Assembly (NCBI GenBank): GCA_951406725.2
Contig: OX597828.1
Span: 32,364,001-32,428,000 of the forward strand
DNA: 64,000 bases
Origin: Octopus vulgaris
Lineage: Eukaryota
Direction: 5' to 3'
Below are positions 12,709-24,925 of this stretch, in pieces. Position 1 is the stretch's first letter. Every line of letters starts with the position of its first letter. The notes under the pieces were generated by a model that did no database searches, was not told the origin of the DNA, and saw only the letters and a program-made list of their open reading frames with translations. The position numbers were made by a program, and so were the translations under genes.

Positions 12709-14884
12709 TGTTTCTTTATTAGCCACACAGGGCTGCACACAGATAGAACAAATTACAAGGTAGAGCTTTTCTTTTGAAGGGTTAAAAAAAAAAAAAGGAA
12801 GGGGGGGAGTTTCGATCAAAAGGGATCGTAAAAGGAGAGAAAGAGGACAAAAAAGGTTAAAAAAAAAGGGGAAGAGGAAAAAAATTGATCAATAGGGATC
12901 GTTATCACAGAAATGTCAATATGAAGTGTAAAGGGGAGGACAGGTGAGGTTTACCCGTGGAAAGAAAAGCCTACGGAAAAGATCACGGTAACCTCGGTCA
13001 ATGAAGTCACATTTTATATTTCTTTTTTTTTTTTTTTTTTGCAAATAAGCAACTCTCTGTTTTCGATTTCTGGGTTCATAGGACTATGCTCAAGGTGGCT
13101 TCGTCATTCATACGTGCCATTCTTGCTACATTCACCCATCTTTTTAAAACATTCGCTAGACAAAACTTGCCTCTCTACTCTCACTTTCCTTTTCAAGTGG
13201 TACTTGAAGAAGTTGATGAGAGATTGACCAGAGAGGAAAGTGTTTGTCTCCAATCCTTTCAGACGCGTCCACCAGATACATTCTTTCGCCATAGCCACAA
13301 GGATGATGGAAATAGCTCTTCCTTCCCGTTTGAAGGAAGGAGGCGTGACAATATTGACGATAGACTCAGCTGATAAACCGACTCGTCCCACACGTGACAG
13401 CAGTTGTTCGACATAAGCCCACAGGTCGGAAATTGTTGGACACTGAACGAGTGCGTGCAGAACGGTTTCGTCGCTCTGACCGCATCTCGGGCAGGTCGGC
13501 CCCGTGTTTCTCGAGCCGTGTCTGTAGAGCTTATCCCGAACGGGTAGCGCTTCTCGGTAGCACCGCCAGGCCAGGGATCTCTGGAAGTTGTCCATGGGCC
13601 CTGGCCCGAAAGTCGTCCTGAACAGGCGGGTCATGTACTCCTCGTCGACGTCCAGGTTCGCCCCGAGCTCGTCGTCGTACCTCCCCTCCACTAAACCCCT
13701 ATAGAATGCTTTGGTTGTGTTGAAGTCACTTAAGGTCGACCCAGGACGGCAGAGTTGCTTGAGAGCAACGCGACACTCGCGGTGCCATTCGCCCTTCCTC
13801 GGCCTCTTTTTGATCCACGACTGCAGTTCGGTCATGGAGACGAGCTGCGGGAAAGCGTGCCTCACAAACGGCGACCACACCTGTTCACCGTCGTCTACAT
13901 AGAGCCAGAGATGTCGCAGTCTCAGCGCATGTCTGCGCATCATCAACCACGGCATGCCCAGCCCTCCTTTTAACGGGTGTTGACAGCAAATGGATCGCCT
14001 GACCATCGGGACGCATCCTTTCCACAAGAAGCGAAAGAGGATGCGTTGTAGTTTGGTGATGGTAGGGTCGGGACAAGGTACGACGGTCAGGCGGTAGTAG
14101 ATGACGGACGCGATGTACGTGTTCGTCACCTCCGCTCGACCTTTTAGGGACAGTTTCCTCTCGGCCCATTGCCGGGCGAGAGTGACCACCCTACTCGTTA
14201 TCTCGTTCCAGTTCTTCTCCACTTGGAGGTCCGGACCAAACCAGACCCCGAGCAACTCAACCGGGCCGTCGGTCCAGCGTCCCACGACGGAGGCGCCGGT
14301 GGACGGCATGGGCTTGCTTCTCCAGGTGCCTAGTCGCAAGCCCACTGACTTTTCCCTGTTGATTTTCGCTCCTGTCACCGCTTCGTAGTTTTTCAGTGTC
14401 TCGCCGACCAGCTCGATGTGCTCGTGGCTAGACACTATGACGGTAACGTCGTCCGCGTATGCAGACACGCTCGTCCCGCATCCCAATTCTCGCGGGATGC
14501 CCCTTAGAGTCGCCAGCTTCCGCAGTAGTGGCTGAAGAGTCAATACGTATAGAAGCGCCGAGAGGGGCATCCCTGACGGACCGAACGTGCAATGTCGAAA
14601 GGTCTCGATAGATGTCCATTTACGCGAATTACCGAACGGATGCCTCTCTACAAGGCAGCTATCCAGCCGCGGAAGACGGGACCGAAACCAGCCGCTCTCA
14701 GGACTGCCTCCAAGTATCGATGGTCTACCCTATCAAAGGCTTTCGATTGATCCAAGTTGATCAGGGCCCCACCCATGCCAGGTTCGTTAACTACCCTGTC
14801 TATGATGTAGCGCATCAGATGGAGGTTGTCATGGATGGTCCGGTCTGGCACGGCGCATTTTTGCGCCTTGTCGACCAGTTTCTC

Positions 14885-14886
<2 letters not shown>
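12709..14886 (-). mobile_element. 5'-truncated Tx1/L1-clade non-LTR retrotransposon, copy 1
   Basis: RT motifs 'LDQSKAFDRVDH', 'SAYADDVTV', 'GAKINREKS', 'GGLG', and zf-RVT 'CPRCGQSDETVLHALVQC'. The 3' UTR ends AATAAAGAAAC. GC-rich; (GATA)n on both sides. Confidence 0.95.
13104..14570 (-). CDS. Open 488-aa segment of the LINE ORF2 (RT C-terminal half + zinc-binding domain); separated from the upstream RT part (14648-14885) by frameshifts
   Basis: ORF track; YADD and CxxC-H-C motifs. Truncated, so not an autonomous gene. Confidence 0.85.
   Translation of the reverse strand: MPLSALLYVLTLQPLLRKLATLRGIPRELGCGTSVSAYADDVTVIVSSHEHIELVGETLKNYEAVTGAKINREKSVGLRLGTWRSKPMPSTGASVVGRWTDGPVELLGVWFGPDLQVEKNWNEITSRVVTLARQWAERKLSLKGRAEVTNTYIASVIYYRLTVVPCPDPTITKLQRILFRFLWKGCVPMVRRSICCQHPLKGGLGMPWLMMRRHALRLRHLWLYVDDGEQVWSPFVRHAFPQLVSMTELQSWIKKRPRKGEWHRECRVALKQLCRPGSTLSDFNTTKAFYRGLVEGRYDDELGANLDVDEEYMTRLFRTTFGPGPMDNFQRSLAWRCYREALPVRDKLYRHGSRNTGPTCPRCGQSDETVLHALVQCPTISDLWAYVEQLLSRVGRVGLSAESIVNIVTPPSFKREGRAISIILVAMAKECIWWTRLKGLETNTFLSGQSLINFFKYHLKRKVRVERQVLSSECFKKMGECSKNGTYE

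Positions 14887-14960
<74 letters not shown>
14885..14960. repeat. (GATA)n at the 5' junction of the Tx1 copy; matching (GATA)n at 12633-12705 on the 3' side
   Basis: Read directly. Confidence 0.95.
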
Positions 14961-14961
<1 letters not shown>

Positions 14962-14962
14962 T

Positions 14963-15360
14963 AGGCACAGACCAAGCTGTGTAGTAAGAAAACTGCATCC
15001 GAATGACAGGATTCCGGGATCAGTTTCATATCGTGTTACCTTCGACAAGTATGTTTTACTGTAGCTTCTGGCCGGTTCAAACCTTGTGATTGGATTTGGA
15101 AGACAGAAACCGAAACAAACGCGCAGTGTATGTGCACGAGTGTGTGTTTGTATTTGTGTGTGTATGAGTGTGTCTTTCTCTGTGTGTTTGACAACTAGTG
15201 TTAAAGTATATGCTTTCCCGTGACCTACCAGTTCGTTAAAAGAGATCGACTAGAATAAGTACCAGTTTTAAAAAAAGAAACAAGTACTGAAATGATTTGT
15301 TTGGCATAATTAACTTCAATGGTCTGCCTTAGCATGGTGGTAGACAAATATATGAAAGAA
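14963..15360 (+). mobile_element. SINE family A, diverged copy
   Basis: Co-linear similarity to 5290-5640 (gctgtgtagtaagaa...ccttgtgattggatttgg...gactagaataagtacc). Confidence 0.7.
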
Positions 15361-15372
15361 ATAGATAATATA

Positions 15373-15421
<49 letters not shown>

Positions 15422-15526
15422 AGTAACATTTCTTTGCCACCTGGCTGTTCTAGGAATCGTGTCTAGGAATCTGTGTCCGATATATTGTGAGTAAGGGATT
15501 GACTGCTTTCCCTAGCAGGCAGGTAC

Positions 15527-15571
15527 CCAGTACCGATAACGAGTAAAGACCCAGAAACCATGGACTGCTGG
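15527..15571 (+). ncRNA. Decayed minimal hammerhead relic
   Basis: ccagta-CCGATAA-cgagtaaagaccca-GAAA-ccatgg-AC-tgctgg. Helix I pairs over 6 bp and helix III is palindromic, but the core is mutated. Confidence 0.4.
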
Positions 15572-15837
15572 TCTTGTTAAGCTGGAGGATAGCGATTTTC
15601 TCTCTTACTCACACATGTTTTGTGTCGTTAACCAGGTGGAAAAAAACGTTTTCCTGGGGTTAAAATTTAGTTACACAGTTCTGTATTGAATAGCCATGCT
15701 TTAGTGATAATAAAACGTTACCGTCTACTATTGTTATTACTTATATCTCGTGTAGAGATTTTAGAACTAGCCGTGTGTGTATGTGTATGTGAGTGCTTGT
15801 GTCTCTGTGTGTGTGTGCCCGTGTGTGTGTGTGTGTG

Positions 15838-15868
<31 letters not shown>

Positions 15869-16276
15869 ACCCGTGTGTGTGCGCGTGTGTCTGTGTGTAC
15901 GTGTGTGTATGTGAGTAAGTATATTGCTCGCCATCTCTCTTTTGGTATCTATTCACTATTTTGAAAACAGTTTTACAAATGTATAGCTGATCGAAAATGA
16001 GGAAACGGACAGCAACCAGATACGTTAGGTTCCTAGATTTGCGATGCAATCAAAATCGGATGGGAGGCTGTTTCCATTCTCGTCATCGGTAATGTGAATT
16101 TTAATGTTTTTAACTGTGAATACAATGCCCGACCCCCAATAAAACACTGAAAGTTACATCTGTCATGCAGCTAATGCACATAATGCAATCAACTATAATA
16201 TTCACTCTTTTTGTGCGTTTGTGTGTGTGTGTGTGTTGTCTGTGTGTGTGTGTGTGTCTGTGTGTCTGTGTCTGTA

Positions 16277-16312
<36 letters not shown>

Positions 16313-16324
16313 TGTGTCTGTATT

Positions 16325-16363
<39 letters not shown>

Positions 16364-16649
16364 CTGTGTCTGTGTCTGTGTGTGTGTGTGTTGATGGAAT
16401 TCAAGAGACACCATGTGGGTATTTGAGACGGAGGTGCGCAACCATTTCCAGGTCAGAAAAGAGCCAATTTCTTGCAGAGGGAACGACGAGACAGAGACAT
16501 GGCAGGATGAGATAGAAAAGGGGAAAAAAATGATAATGATGACGAAGGTGTTGATAATGATGATGATGATGAGGAGGAGAAGGAGAAGGAGGAGGGGGGA
16601 TGTTGATGACGATGGTGGTGCTGCTTGCTGCTGCTCACAGAGCGTATAT

Positions 16650-16960
16650 TTCCCCTGAGATCACCTTTGTTGGTACTAACTTGGTTCGATGTTGTATACA
16701 TCGGTTAGTACACGCGCACCATTGCTTTCAACGCAATATTGAATATGCAGCTAACTTGAGTCTGCGATATATCCCTAGGAAAAGGCAATCCTATGAATCT
16801 ACACTCTCCAACTGCTCCATCACAAGAGCGATTTCCATGTTTGAGGCACTACCTGATGTATTTCCTATGTAACAGATATGGTGGATTTTATGCCTGCAAA
16901 ATCTTTCTTACATTTATCTGACCATTGTGTACTCCTCCAAATGATTCTTCTATTAAAACA
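16650..16960 (+). mobile_element. Old CR1/L2-like LINE 3' fragment
   Basis: 'STLSNCSITRAISMFEALP' resembles the CR1/L2 C-terminal 'NSFxxRAxRLFNxLP' motif. Confidence 0.4.
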
Positions 16961-17343
16961 ACAGATCTGTCATAAACAGGATATTGCTATAAACATCAAA
17001 GCAATACAAAGGATTACTGAGAATTTGAAGATAAAGTATGCAACCCTTATTTGCAAATATCTGCGCTGCAGATTAGCTAATATCTCAATAACAATCTGCA
17101 TTTCTATAATTCATTCACTTGCTTCAGTCTTTGGACAGTTACCATGCTGCAGCAAGGCCCAGAGGTTATAGTGCGTATAATTTGATTGATCCAATCGGTA
17201 CCAAAATGCATATCTTTTAAAATGTGATAGATATTCTAACGGTCTCTTGCCACTGCGTTGTGACATGGGCACGAATATAGCAACATCGTTTGCCAACCGG
17301 GTAGGCGAGCATAAACACAGGCTTACACAAACACAGGCTACTT

Positions 17344-17382
17344 CAGTTTGATGAAGGGCAACTGCACTGAAACTAGTCTCTG
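17344..17382 (+). ncRNA. Near-canonical minimal hammerhead ribozyme motif (PLE type)
   Basis: cagt-TTGATGA-agggca.ac.tgcact-GAAA-ctag-TC-tctg, with a palindromic helix III (ACTAGT) and a GUC cleavage triplet. Confidence 0.6.
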
Positions 17383-17699
17383 TTTGCTTGCTTTGTTGTG
17401 TGGAGGTACTTATCTCTCCCGTTTGAAGTCTCAAGGATACAGAACGCATGTGTCACGTAGCCAACTAGAAACGGTGTTTCTTGGAGCTAAATAGCCGTAG
17501 CATCCTTCCATTTCCCGGGACTGCCACCTTAAGTTGGCAACAAACTATCACTTTATCGTGCTGCTACTGTATAAATCTCTCTGAGAGACTTAGAAATATA
17601 ATAATTCTAATTTTATATAAAAATATGGAGAGAAGAGGGTGGGGGTGTTGTTGTTCAAGGGGAAAAAGGAAAATGTGTATACATTAAGAAAGTAAGAAA

Positions 17700-19900
17700 A
17701 AGAGAAGAAGAATTGTGGCGACTATTCAAAGTTTTTTTTTTTTCAGTAGAGGAATGTCTATAGTGTGTGGTGACAGTGTTTAGAATAAGACGTTTTGGAG
17801 GTGTATATTGCCATATGTACTTGTAAGTTTACGGAGTGAGAAGATAGGAGGGGTTGGCAGTTTAAATAAAAAGATTTTTTTTTTTAATGCTAAGGAAAAG
17901 TACGGATAGAAATGTGTAATTGTCAGTAAAGGCATTAAAAGGGTGATATATTGTTGGTCTAATGTATGGTGGTAGTGGGAGTAGATAAGAAGGAAAGTTT
18001 ATTAAGGTTAGGGAGAAAACAACGGTTGTGGGGTTGTTATTATTGGTATTTTGAAAATAGATTTATTGAACGATGCTTGCAGGTGAATATTATAGAGCTG
18101 CATTCGTTGAGTCAATCCGTGGATTGGAGAATATCCAAGACCTCGGCTATGCAGAGATCACAATTGTTATTATAGCTGCTGTAATGCTTGGCGTGGGTGA
18201 CTATATGCCACTAGAGAATGTAAGGAGTTGAATTAAGCGTTAGTTTACTGATAAGTTGAGACAACGATGTACTGTTGGATTTTGTTTGGGACTTGAAGCA
18301 GGAGTAATCATTGATCACTATGGCTTTGAAGTTGGTCCTACATGAGCCGATATAAAGGTAGTTACAGTTGGCATTTGACACTGCACGTTTAAACGATGTT
18401 TTTGTGAGACAAGGGTTATCTGAAGGAAGGAGGGTTGGCATTTGAAGCTGCATTGGTTTGTAGGTGGTGTTACGGATGAACTTGTGAGGGGATTGCTATT
18501 TAGTGATGTATCGGTGTTAGGTTCGTTATTCATTCTAGCGTTAAGATAAGTATTTGTTAAGGAGTTAAGGAGTTAATTTGTTAAGGAGTTTTGTCGGGAT
18601 TGTATAATAAGATAGTTATTGTGTCTCATGGTATACCGTGTTGTTCTCTATTTTTACAGGAGTTGTTGTTGAGCGCTGTGATAAACTTAAAGATTAGGTA
18701 TTAGCAGTGGATTTATAGTTGGGATTATGAGGGTTAGTGTTGCGAAGAGGGCCGATTGGTGTTTTACATTTATATGTATAGAGCTGGGGGTTATGTTGAG
18801 TTAATTTATTAGGGTGGATGTTAGATGGCTGTCGATTGCTAGGTTTCTTGTCCATAAAATGTCGGATAACTCTGGCAATGCTGGTGCTGGATGAGTAGGA
18901 ACATTTCATAGATGGGAGGTTAAATATGTTTCTAAGGAGGCTTGTTTTAGGGAAATGATTTTTGGGCAAGGCGGAAAATGTTTGGGTGCTTCAGTCTGAA
19001 CGTTAAGGACGAAGGTGGAAGCAGATTATGTCACGGGTTCTATTTCGTTGAATCCGATAAGGTGGATTAACTGAATGGAGATAGGGTTTTGGAGGTTATG
19101 CTGGTGTTTGTTTCAGTGGGTTATGGTGTATCTAGGATTTGGGGGTCATCTGGTAGGGGGTTATGTTTATAAAATGGGCGTGCGGAACTGCTTTCTGTTC
19201 CGGGTTTAATGGAGAGAGGAATATCCAACATGGAGAGACATTCAATTGCGTATTTATAGTCGGCACATTGTAGGGTACAATTGTAATATTCAGTATATTG
19301 ATAGAAAAATATTTATTAGCACATAGTGAGGAGATCCGGTAGGAAACGCTTTCCACAATAGACTTTAGGGCGGAAAGGGGGCTGCAGGAGAAGTTCACGT
19401 AGTGGAGGCTTTCCTCAGGTTTAGGATATGGGTCGAATCTTTGGTTTTGCAAGACCAGGGTTACGTTTTAGAAATTCACAGTTTTGATGTTGTTACAGAA
19501 GGATACGCTGAGGCCGACATTTAAAAACAATATCTTCTAAACATTTCTGTAATCGGTTCGATTTTTCGGTTGCTAGAATTTTAGATTGTGAACAGAGCAT
19601 CGTCTCTCTATAGATCACCGGAGATGTTAAGAAATCTTTTATAGAGACCTTTACGTTGGTAGAGTCCTATGCTGTCAGTGACTTGGCCGTAGTCACTTGC
19701 TCCCATGGGGATGTCGAAAAATTGGGTCTATCATTGCGGGTCCAGGATTTTCCATCAAATTGTATGATATATTTCGGCTGGCTGCTAATATAATATCAAA
19801 ATCGTCGCGTGATAGGTTGGAATACTTTTTGGCGAAAATTAGGGCCTTATTGAGATTAGAAGTGCTGGAATTGTATTGATCAATATCGACTTGACATGCG
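17700..19900 (-). mobile_element. Degenerate Naiad-like Penelope element (RT + GIY-YIG)
   Basis: Minus strand reads 'FFDIPMGASDYGQVTDSIGLY', 'L*RDDAL', 'HFPKTSLLRNIFNLPSMKCSYS', 'YIGSCRTNFK', 'CDLCIAE...LNECSSIIFTCKH'; many stops and frameshifts. Confidence 0.85.
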
Positions 19901-22082
19901 TCAACATGTACATCCTTATGACAATGTAGCTTTTAATTTAATCCTTGACCTCAAGAAATGCCAGCGGTATGCATCTCGCTTGGATTTTTCCCATCTTTGA
20001 GATTCCACCCGCTATGAAACATATGTAGCCTGGATCTTACTGACTACACTCCGTAACTTTTGTATTCGTATTCGCACTCCGCAGCACTGGTCACCTATTG
20101 TGAAATATATAAAGAACTTTTTTCAGCTGATTGTTCTTCGATACGAAAAAAATTAACAATCTTCCGTCTCAATACAATTGTCACTGAATGTTGTTTTTAT
20201 TGTATTTACTACAGATTGCTTGAGGCTAACTTTATTCCTATACCTCGATCATTGGATCTTACATTTTTATATGTGTATGTGTGCGTTTTGTGTATGTGTG
20301 TGTTATATTCAGGGTGTGTTTATGTGTGAATATGATAATTAATACTGGAGTAGTTACTAAGTTGATTCGAGATTCTTCACAAGACAATGAGTGATTTGTT
20401 TATTATATTGGCTGTAAATTTATCTACGTCTATTCATATATCTCTTTCGAGCGACAGTTGTCCGTGTTTCACATTACATTGAGAAATACGATTACAATTC
20501 TGCATTTCTATATTTCCCATAGCAACGAATATATTCCAAATTACTTCAGAACAAATTCATACCTCTAATCAAACACTGATGCACTTGTATGGATACTGCC
20601 TTAAGCTTTCAAAATAATAGTTCCATTCATAATTTTTGATACATCTATTGCAGTCAACCTTAATGTTTCATTGGTTGTTTATACATCAGGTGTTATATAT
20701 GTTTTTTTTATTATTTCATATGGAGTACATATAAATCGCTTTTGTTTATTATTTCATCGATAAATGATGCACAAATTTGCATGTATGATTCATAGAGAGA
20801 CTTACATAATGAAACAACCAAAACATGTATTTACACACTTATATTCATTGTTACGTCTTCTGATACGAGTATGTGTGTGTGTGTGTGTGTGTGTGCATGC
20901 ATGTTTAACACAGATATATATATATATATATATATAAAGCTATCACGTACATACACGTATACACACATATATACATATATACACAAACTCACACACACAC
21001 ATACACACACACATGCACACACACACATATATATACATGTATGTATGTATATATGCCATTCAGTTTATTTCCAGGTTTATCGCCAACAGAGAAAGAAACT
21101 GTTTCTAACCTAGATACAATTTCCTTCATTGGGGCATGTATGTATGTACCTATGTATGTATGTATATATATATATATGTGTTTGTCTGTGTATGTGTATA
21201 TGTATGAATGTATGTATGTGTGTTTGTCTGTGTATATCTATGAATGTATTTATGTGGATGAATGGAAGGACAGACGGGTTTTTGGATGAATGGCTGGTTG
21301 GATTCATATAAATTTGGAACAAAGATTGTAAATTTGTGATTCACTGCGAATTGTGTTTGGTATTTCAAACTTCTATTACCAAGGTTACTCAGGTTTACAA
21401 TTCCATCATCCAACTAAAATTTCTATTTTGTAACGTTGCTTGCCACTGAATTGAAACCTAGACGAGTCTACATTGGTTTATGTATTAATCTCCGTCTTGA
21501 GGTCGGTACCCTGTATGCATATGCTTCGGATATAAATTTTATCCTAATCGGAATTCATCCTAATCGGAACCCTTAGAATTCATCACATAAATAGGTAATA
21601 TGAAATACCTTTACGCACCTTATGTTTATCAAACCAGTTTTCCGGGCCGTGTCTCTTTACTAAGAGGAACTGCACAATAGTATGATAAATTATCTTTGCA
21701 ACGTATCGAACGAGAGTTACGTTCTGGAAAGTAATGCTTCACTATACAACCCGCTGAGTGAGATACCAGATTCCGGTGTCTTTAATTATATCGTTACTGT
21801 TTCATTTCAGTGGATTCAGTAACTTGTAAATAATAGAGATAAATCACAATATATTTAAAATTCCGTCCAGGTGGGTTTTGTCTCTAGGAGATGAGAAATA
21901 TACCTCTTAATTTTATGTGCGTATCTTGTTTCATTTGTTACATATTGCCATCGTAAAAATTAAGGTGAACTTATATGCGTTCATAACCGTGATAAACTGC
22001 ATATGTATGAGCTTGCATAGTAGCGAGGGATCAGCTGCAATCGTTTTACGCAGTATCGGGTGTTATTTATTTATTCTCTTCT

Positions 22083-22402
22083 ACTATAGGCATAAGGCCC
22101 GAAATTTGGAGGGAGGTGGCAATGTCGAACTCGGATGAATTTAAACTTAGAACGTAATGATAGACGGAGTACCTATTTCTTTACTACCCACAAGTGGCTA
22201 AACACAGAGGGGACAAACAAGGACACGCAAACGTGTTAAGTCGATTACATCGGCCCCAGTGCGTAACTGTTACTTGCTTAATCGACACCGAAAGGATGAA
22301 AGGCAAACTCGACCTCGGCGGAATTTGAACTCAGGACATAATGGCAGACGAAATACCGGTAAGCGTTTCGCCCAGGGTGCGAACGTTTCTGCCTGCTCAC
22401 TG
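22083..22402 (-). mobile_element. SINE family B, one copy joined to a partial second copy
   Basis: Reverse complement of the element at 22869-23112. Confidence 0.85.
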
Positions 22403-22683
22403 GTGTTAATTATTTATGCAATTTCAAACTTATGATTATTGTTAAAATTCATCTCTGAAATGAAGGTTGCAAATGACAAGCAAAAGATATTTCTGAAGGA
22501 TTTTGGCTATAGTTTCCGCAAACACACATGCATAACACAGCAATATCTTGGAAAAGAGCATCCAAATATACGAGACATTGTAGTTTAATATAATGTTGCT
22601 CAATACAATGTCAAGTATCAGAAGACATTTGAAGACTGACTTGGAAATATTGTGTTTTAATCTTGTCTTTACAATGCATTTTT

Positions 22684-22863
<180 letters not shown>

Positions 22864-22868
22864 TAGAA

Positions 22869-23112
22869 GGCGGCGAGCTGGCAGAAACGTTAGCACGCCG
22901 GGCAAAATGCGTTGCCGTAGTTCGTCTGCCGTAGTTCGTCTGCCGTTACGTTCCGAGTTCAAATTCCGCCGAGGTCGACTTTGCCTTTCATCCTTCCGGG
23001 ATCGATAAATTAAGTACCAGTTACGCACTGGGGTCGATGTAATCGAATTAATCCGTTTGTCTGTCCTTGTTTGTCTCCTCTGTGTTTAGCCCCTTGTGGG
23101 TAGTAAAGAAAT
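22869..23112 (+). mobile_element. tRNA-derived SINE family B (central GCCTTTCATCCTTCCGGG-TCGATAAATTAAGTACC domain)
   Basis: Head ggcggcgagctggcagaa...gagttcaaattcc (A/B boxes); at least 6 copies in the window; 14-bp internal duplication gccgtagttcgtct. Confidence 0.9.
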
Positions 23113-24170
23113 ATATATATATATATATAATATATAATATATACATATGTATATATATAGAGAGAGAGAAAGATATATAGATCTATTGATAGATAGATAG
23201 GTAAATAAATAGATGTCCCTACATGTACCCCTTTTTTCCCCTTACCAAACACAGCGAAAACACCCTAGAGGGAGGTTTGCTGTGCTCCAATTGGGTTTCG
23301 GCTTTTGCCCGAATTTCTGTTCCGAAAAACACTATCATATACCCCATATACCCCACCTGAACTGCAGAAAAAAAAATATACTTAAAACAACTCCCAGGAG
23401 GTTTCCAATTCTATTCTAAAAGTGATCAGAAAGCCTGTTGAGATTTTCGTAATACACGTTGTTTAATTTTAACCCTGGTGGGACTTTGTGATTTCTTTCG
23501 GAAGGCTGACTACAGTTTCAAACTCAAAATTTGCTAAACGTTTCATCTATCGTAAAAAAAAAAAAATGTTTCAAATTTAGAGATTTCCTATTTGACATTC
23601 ACCAGCAAAATTCAGTGTATTTTTATTCGTGTTTCTCCCTGAAAACTTAATTGTGTGCATAGCGATCTTGTTGTTATCGTTGTTATTGTTGTTGAAGTTA
23701 TTGTTGTTGTTACTATTATTGTTGCAGTTGCTGCTGCTGCGGATGAGATTTTTACTTAGTTGAATTAAGCTCTACTGTGTTTTCGCTCTGTTCGTGCATG
23801 TTATTAATATTTTCCGTATCAATTAAATTAGCATTCTATTTTTTACTTGTTTTCTACGTAGGAAATTCATTATTTTGTATATTTACTATTTTTTTAAAGA
23901 GCTTAGCGTGAAATTATTTCGTACATTTACAATTTTTTAAGAGCTTAGCGTGAAATTTTCATGGTAATTTTTTTGTCAATGGCGTGAGAAAAAAAAATCG
24001 AAATTTGTCTAAAAGTAAACACAAACCACTTTTTGTTTATTTATTTGTTCTGCAGCTCTTGTAAAGCGAGATGACAAACTGTAAAAAGTTATATGTAGGC
24101 GAGCACTTTCGTTCAAAACTAAATACCATGTCTACATCAACAGCAGTGAAAAATGATAAAAGCGACAGCA

Positions 24171-24301
24171 GCAATAATGATAATAATAATAATAATAATG
24201 ATGATGATGATGATGATGATAATGAGGATGATGATGATGATGATGAGGAGGAGGAGGATGACGATGATGGTGATGATAATAATAATAACAACAACAACAA
24301 C

Positions 24302-24363
<62 letters not shown>
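24171..24363. repeat. Compound (AAT)/(GAT)/(GAG)/(AAC) microsatellite
   Basis: Read directly. Confidence 0.95.
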
Positions 24364-24364
<1 letters not shown>

Positions 24365-24540
24365 CATTTCTACTGGAGGCACAAGGCTTCAAATTTTGTG
24401 GGGAGGGGACTGGTTGATTACATCGACCCCCAGGACTTAACTGTTCACTATTTTATTGACCCCAAAAGAATAAAAGGCAAAGCCTGCCAAAAATCAGAAC
24501 AGAAAGACGGAGGAGATGCCGCTAAGAATATTGTCGCAAA
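24365..24540 (-). mobile_element. SINE family B, diverged fragment
   Basis: gattacatcgacccccag...gaccccaaaagaataaaaggcaaag matches family B. Confidence 0.65.
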
Positions 24541-24730
24541 TACTGTGTGAATAGAAATACAATTAAATACGGATTATGTACAACACGCGCACGTGTTAGC
24601 ATATAAAGTAATTACTATACTTTATTAATTTATACTGATGTACATCTATATATATGCAGGTATACGTATGTTGCTTATGCATAATGTACATACACACATA
24701 CGCACATACACAAAGACGCATGGATATCCT

Positions 24731-24925
24731 TTCCTTTTTTATATTTTTCAGACATTTGACCGCGGCCATGTTGTAGCAACACATTTAGTTGAGCAAATCG
24801 ACCCCAGATCTTATTCTTTGTAAGCCTGGTACTTATTATATCGGTATCTTTTGCCGAACAGCTAAGTTATGGGGACGTAAACATATCAGCATCGGTTGTC
24901 AAGCGATGGTGGTGGGGACAAATAC
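24731..24925 (-). mobile_element. SINE family A 3' part
   Basis: tttcagacatttgaccgcggccatg...ggtacttattatatcgg is the reverse complement of the family A tail. Confidence 0.65.
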
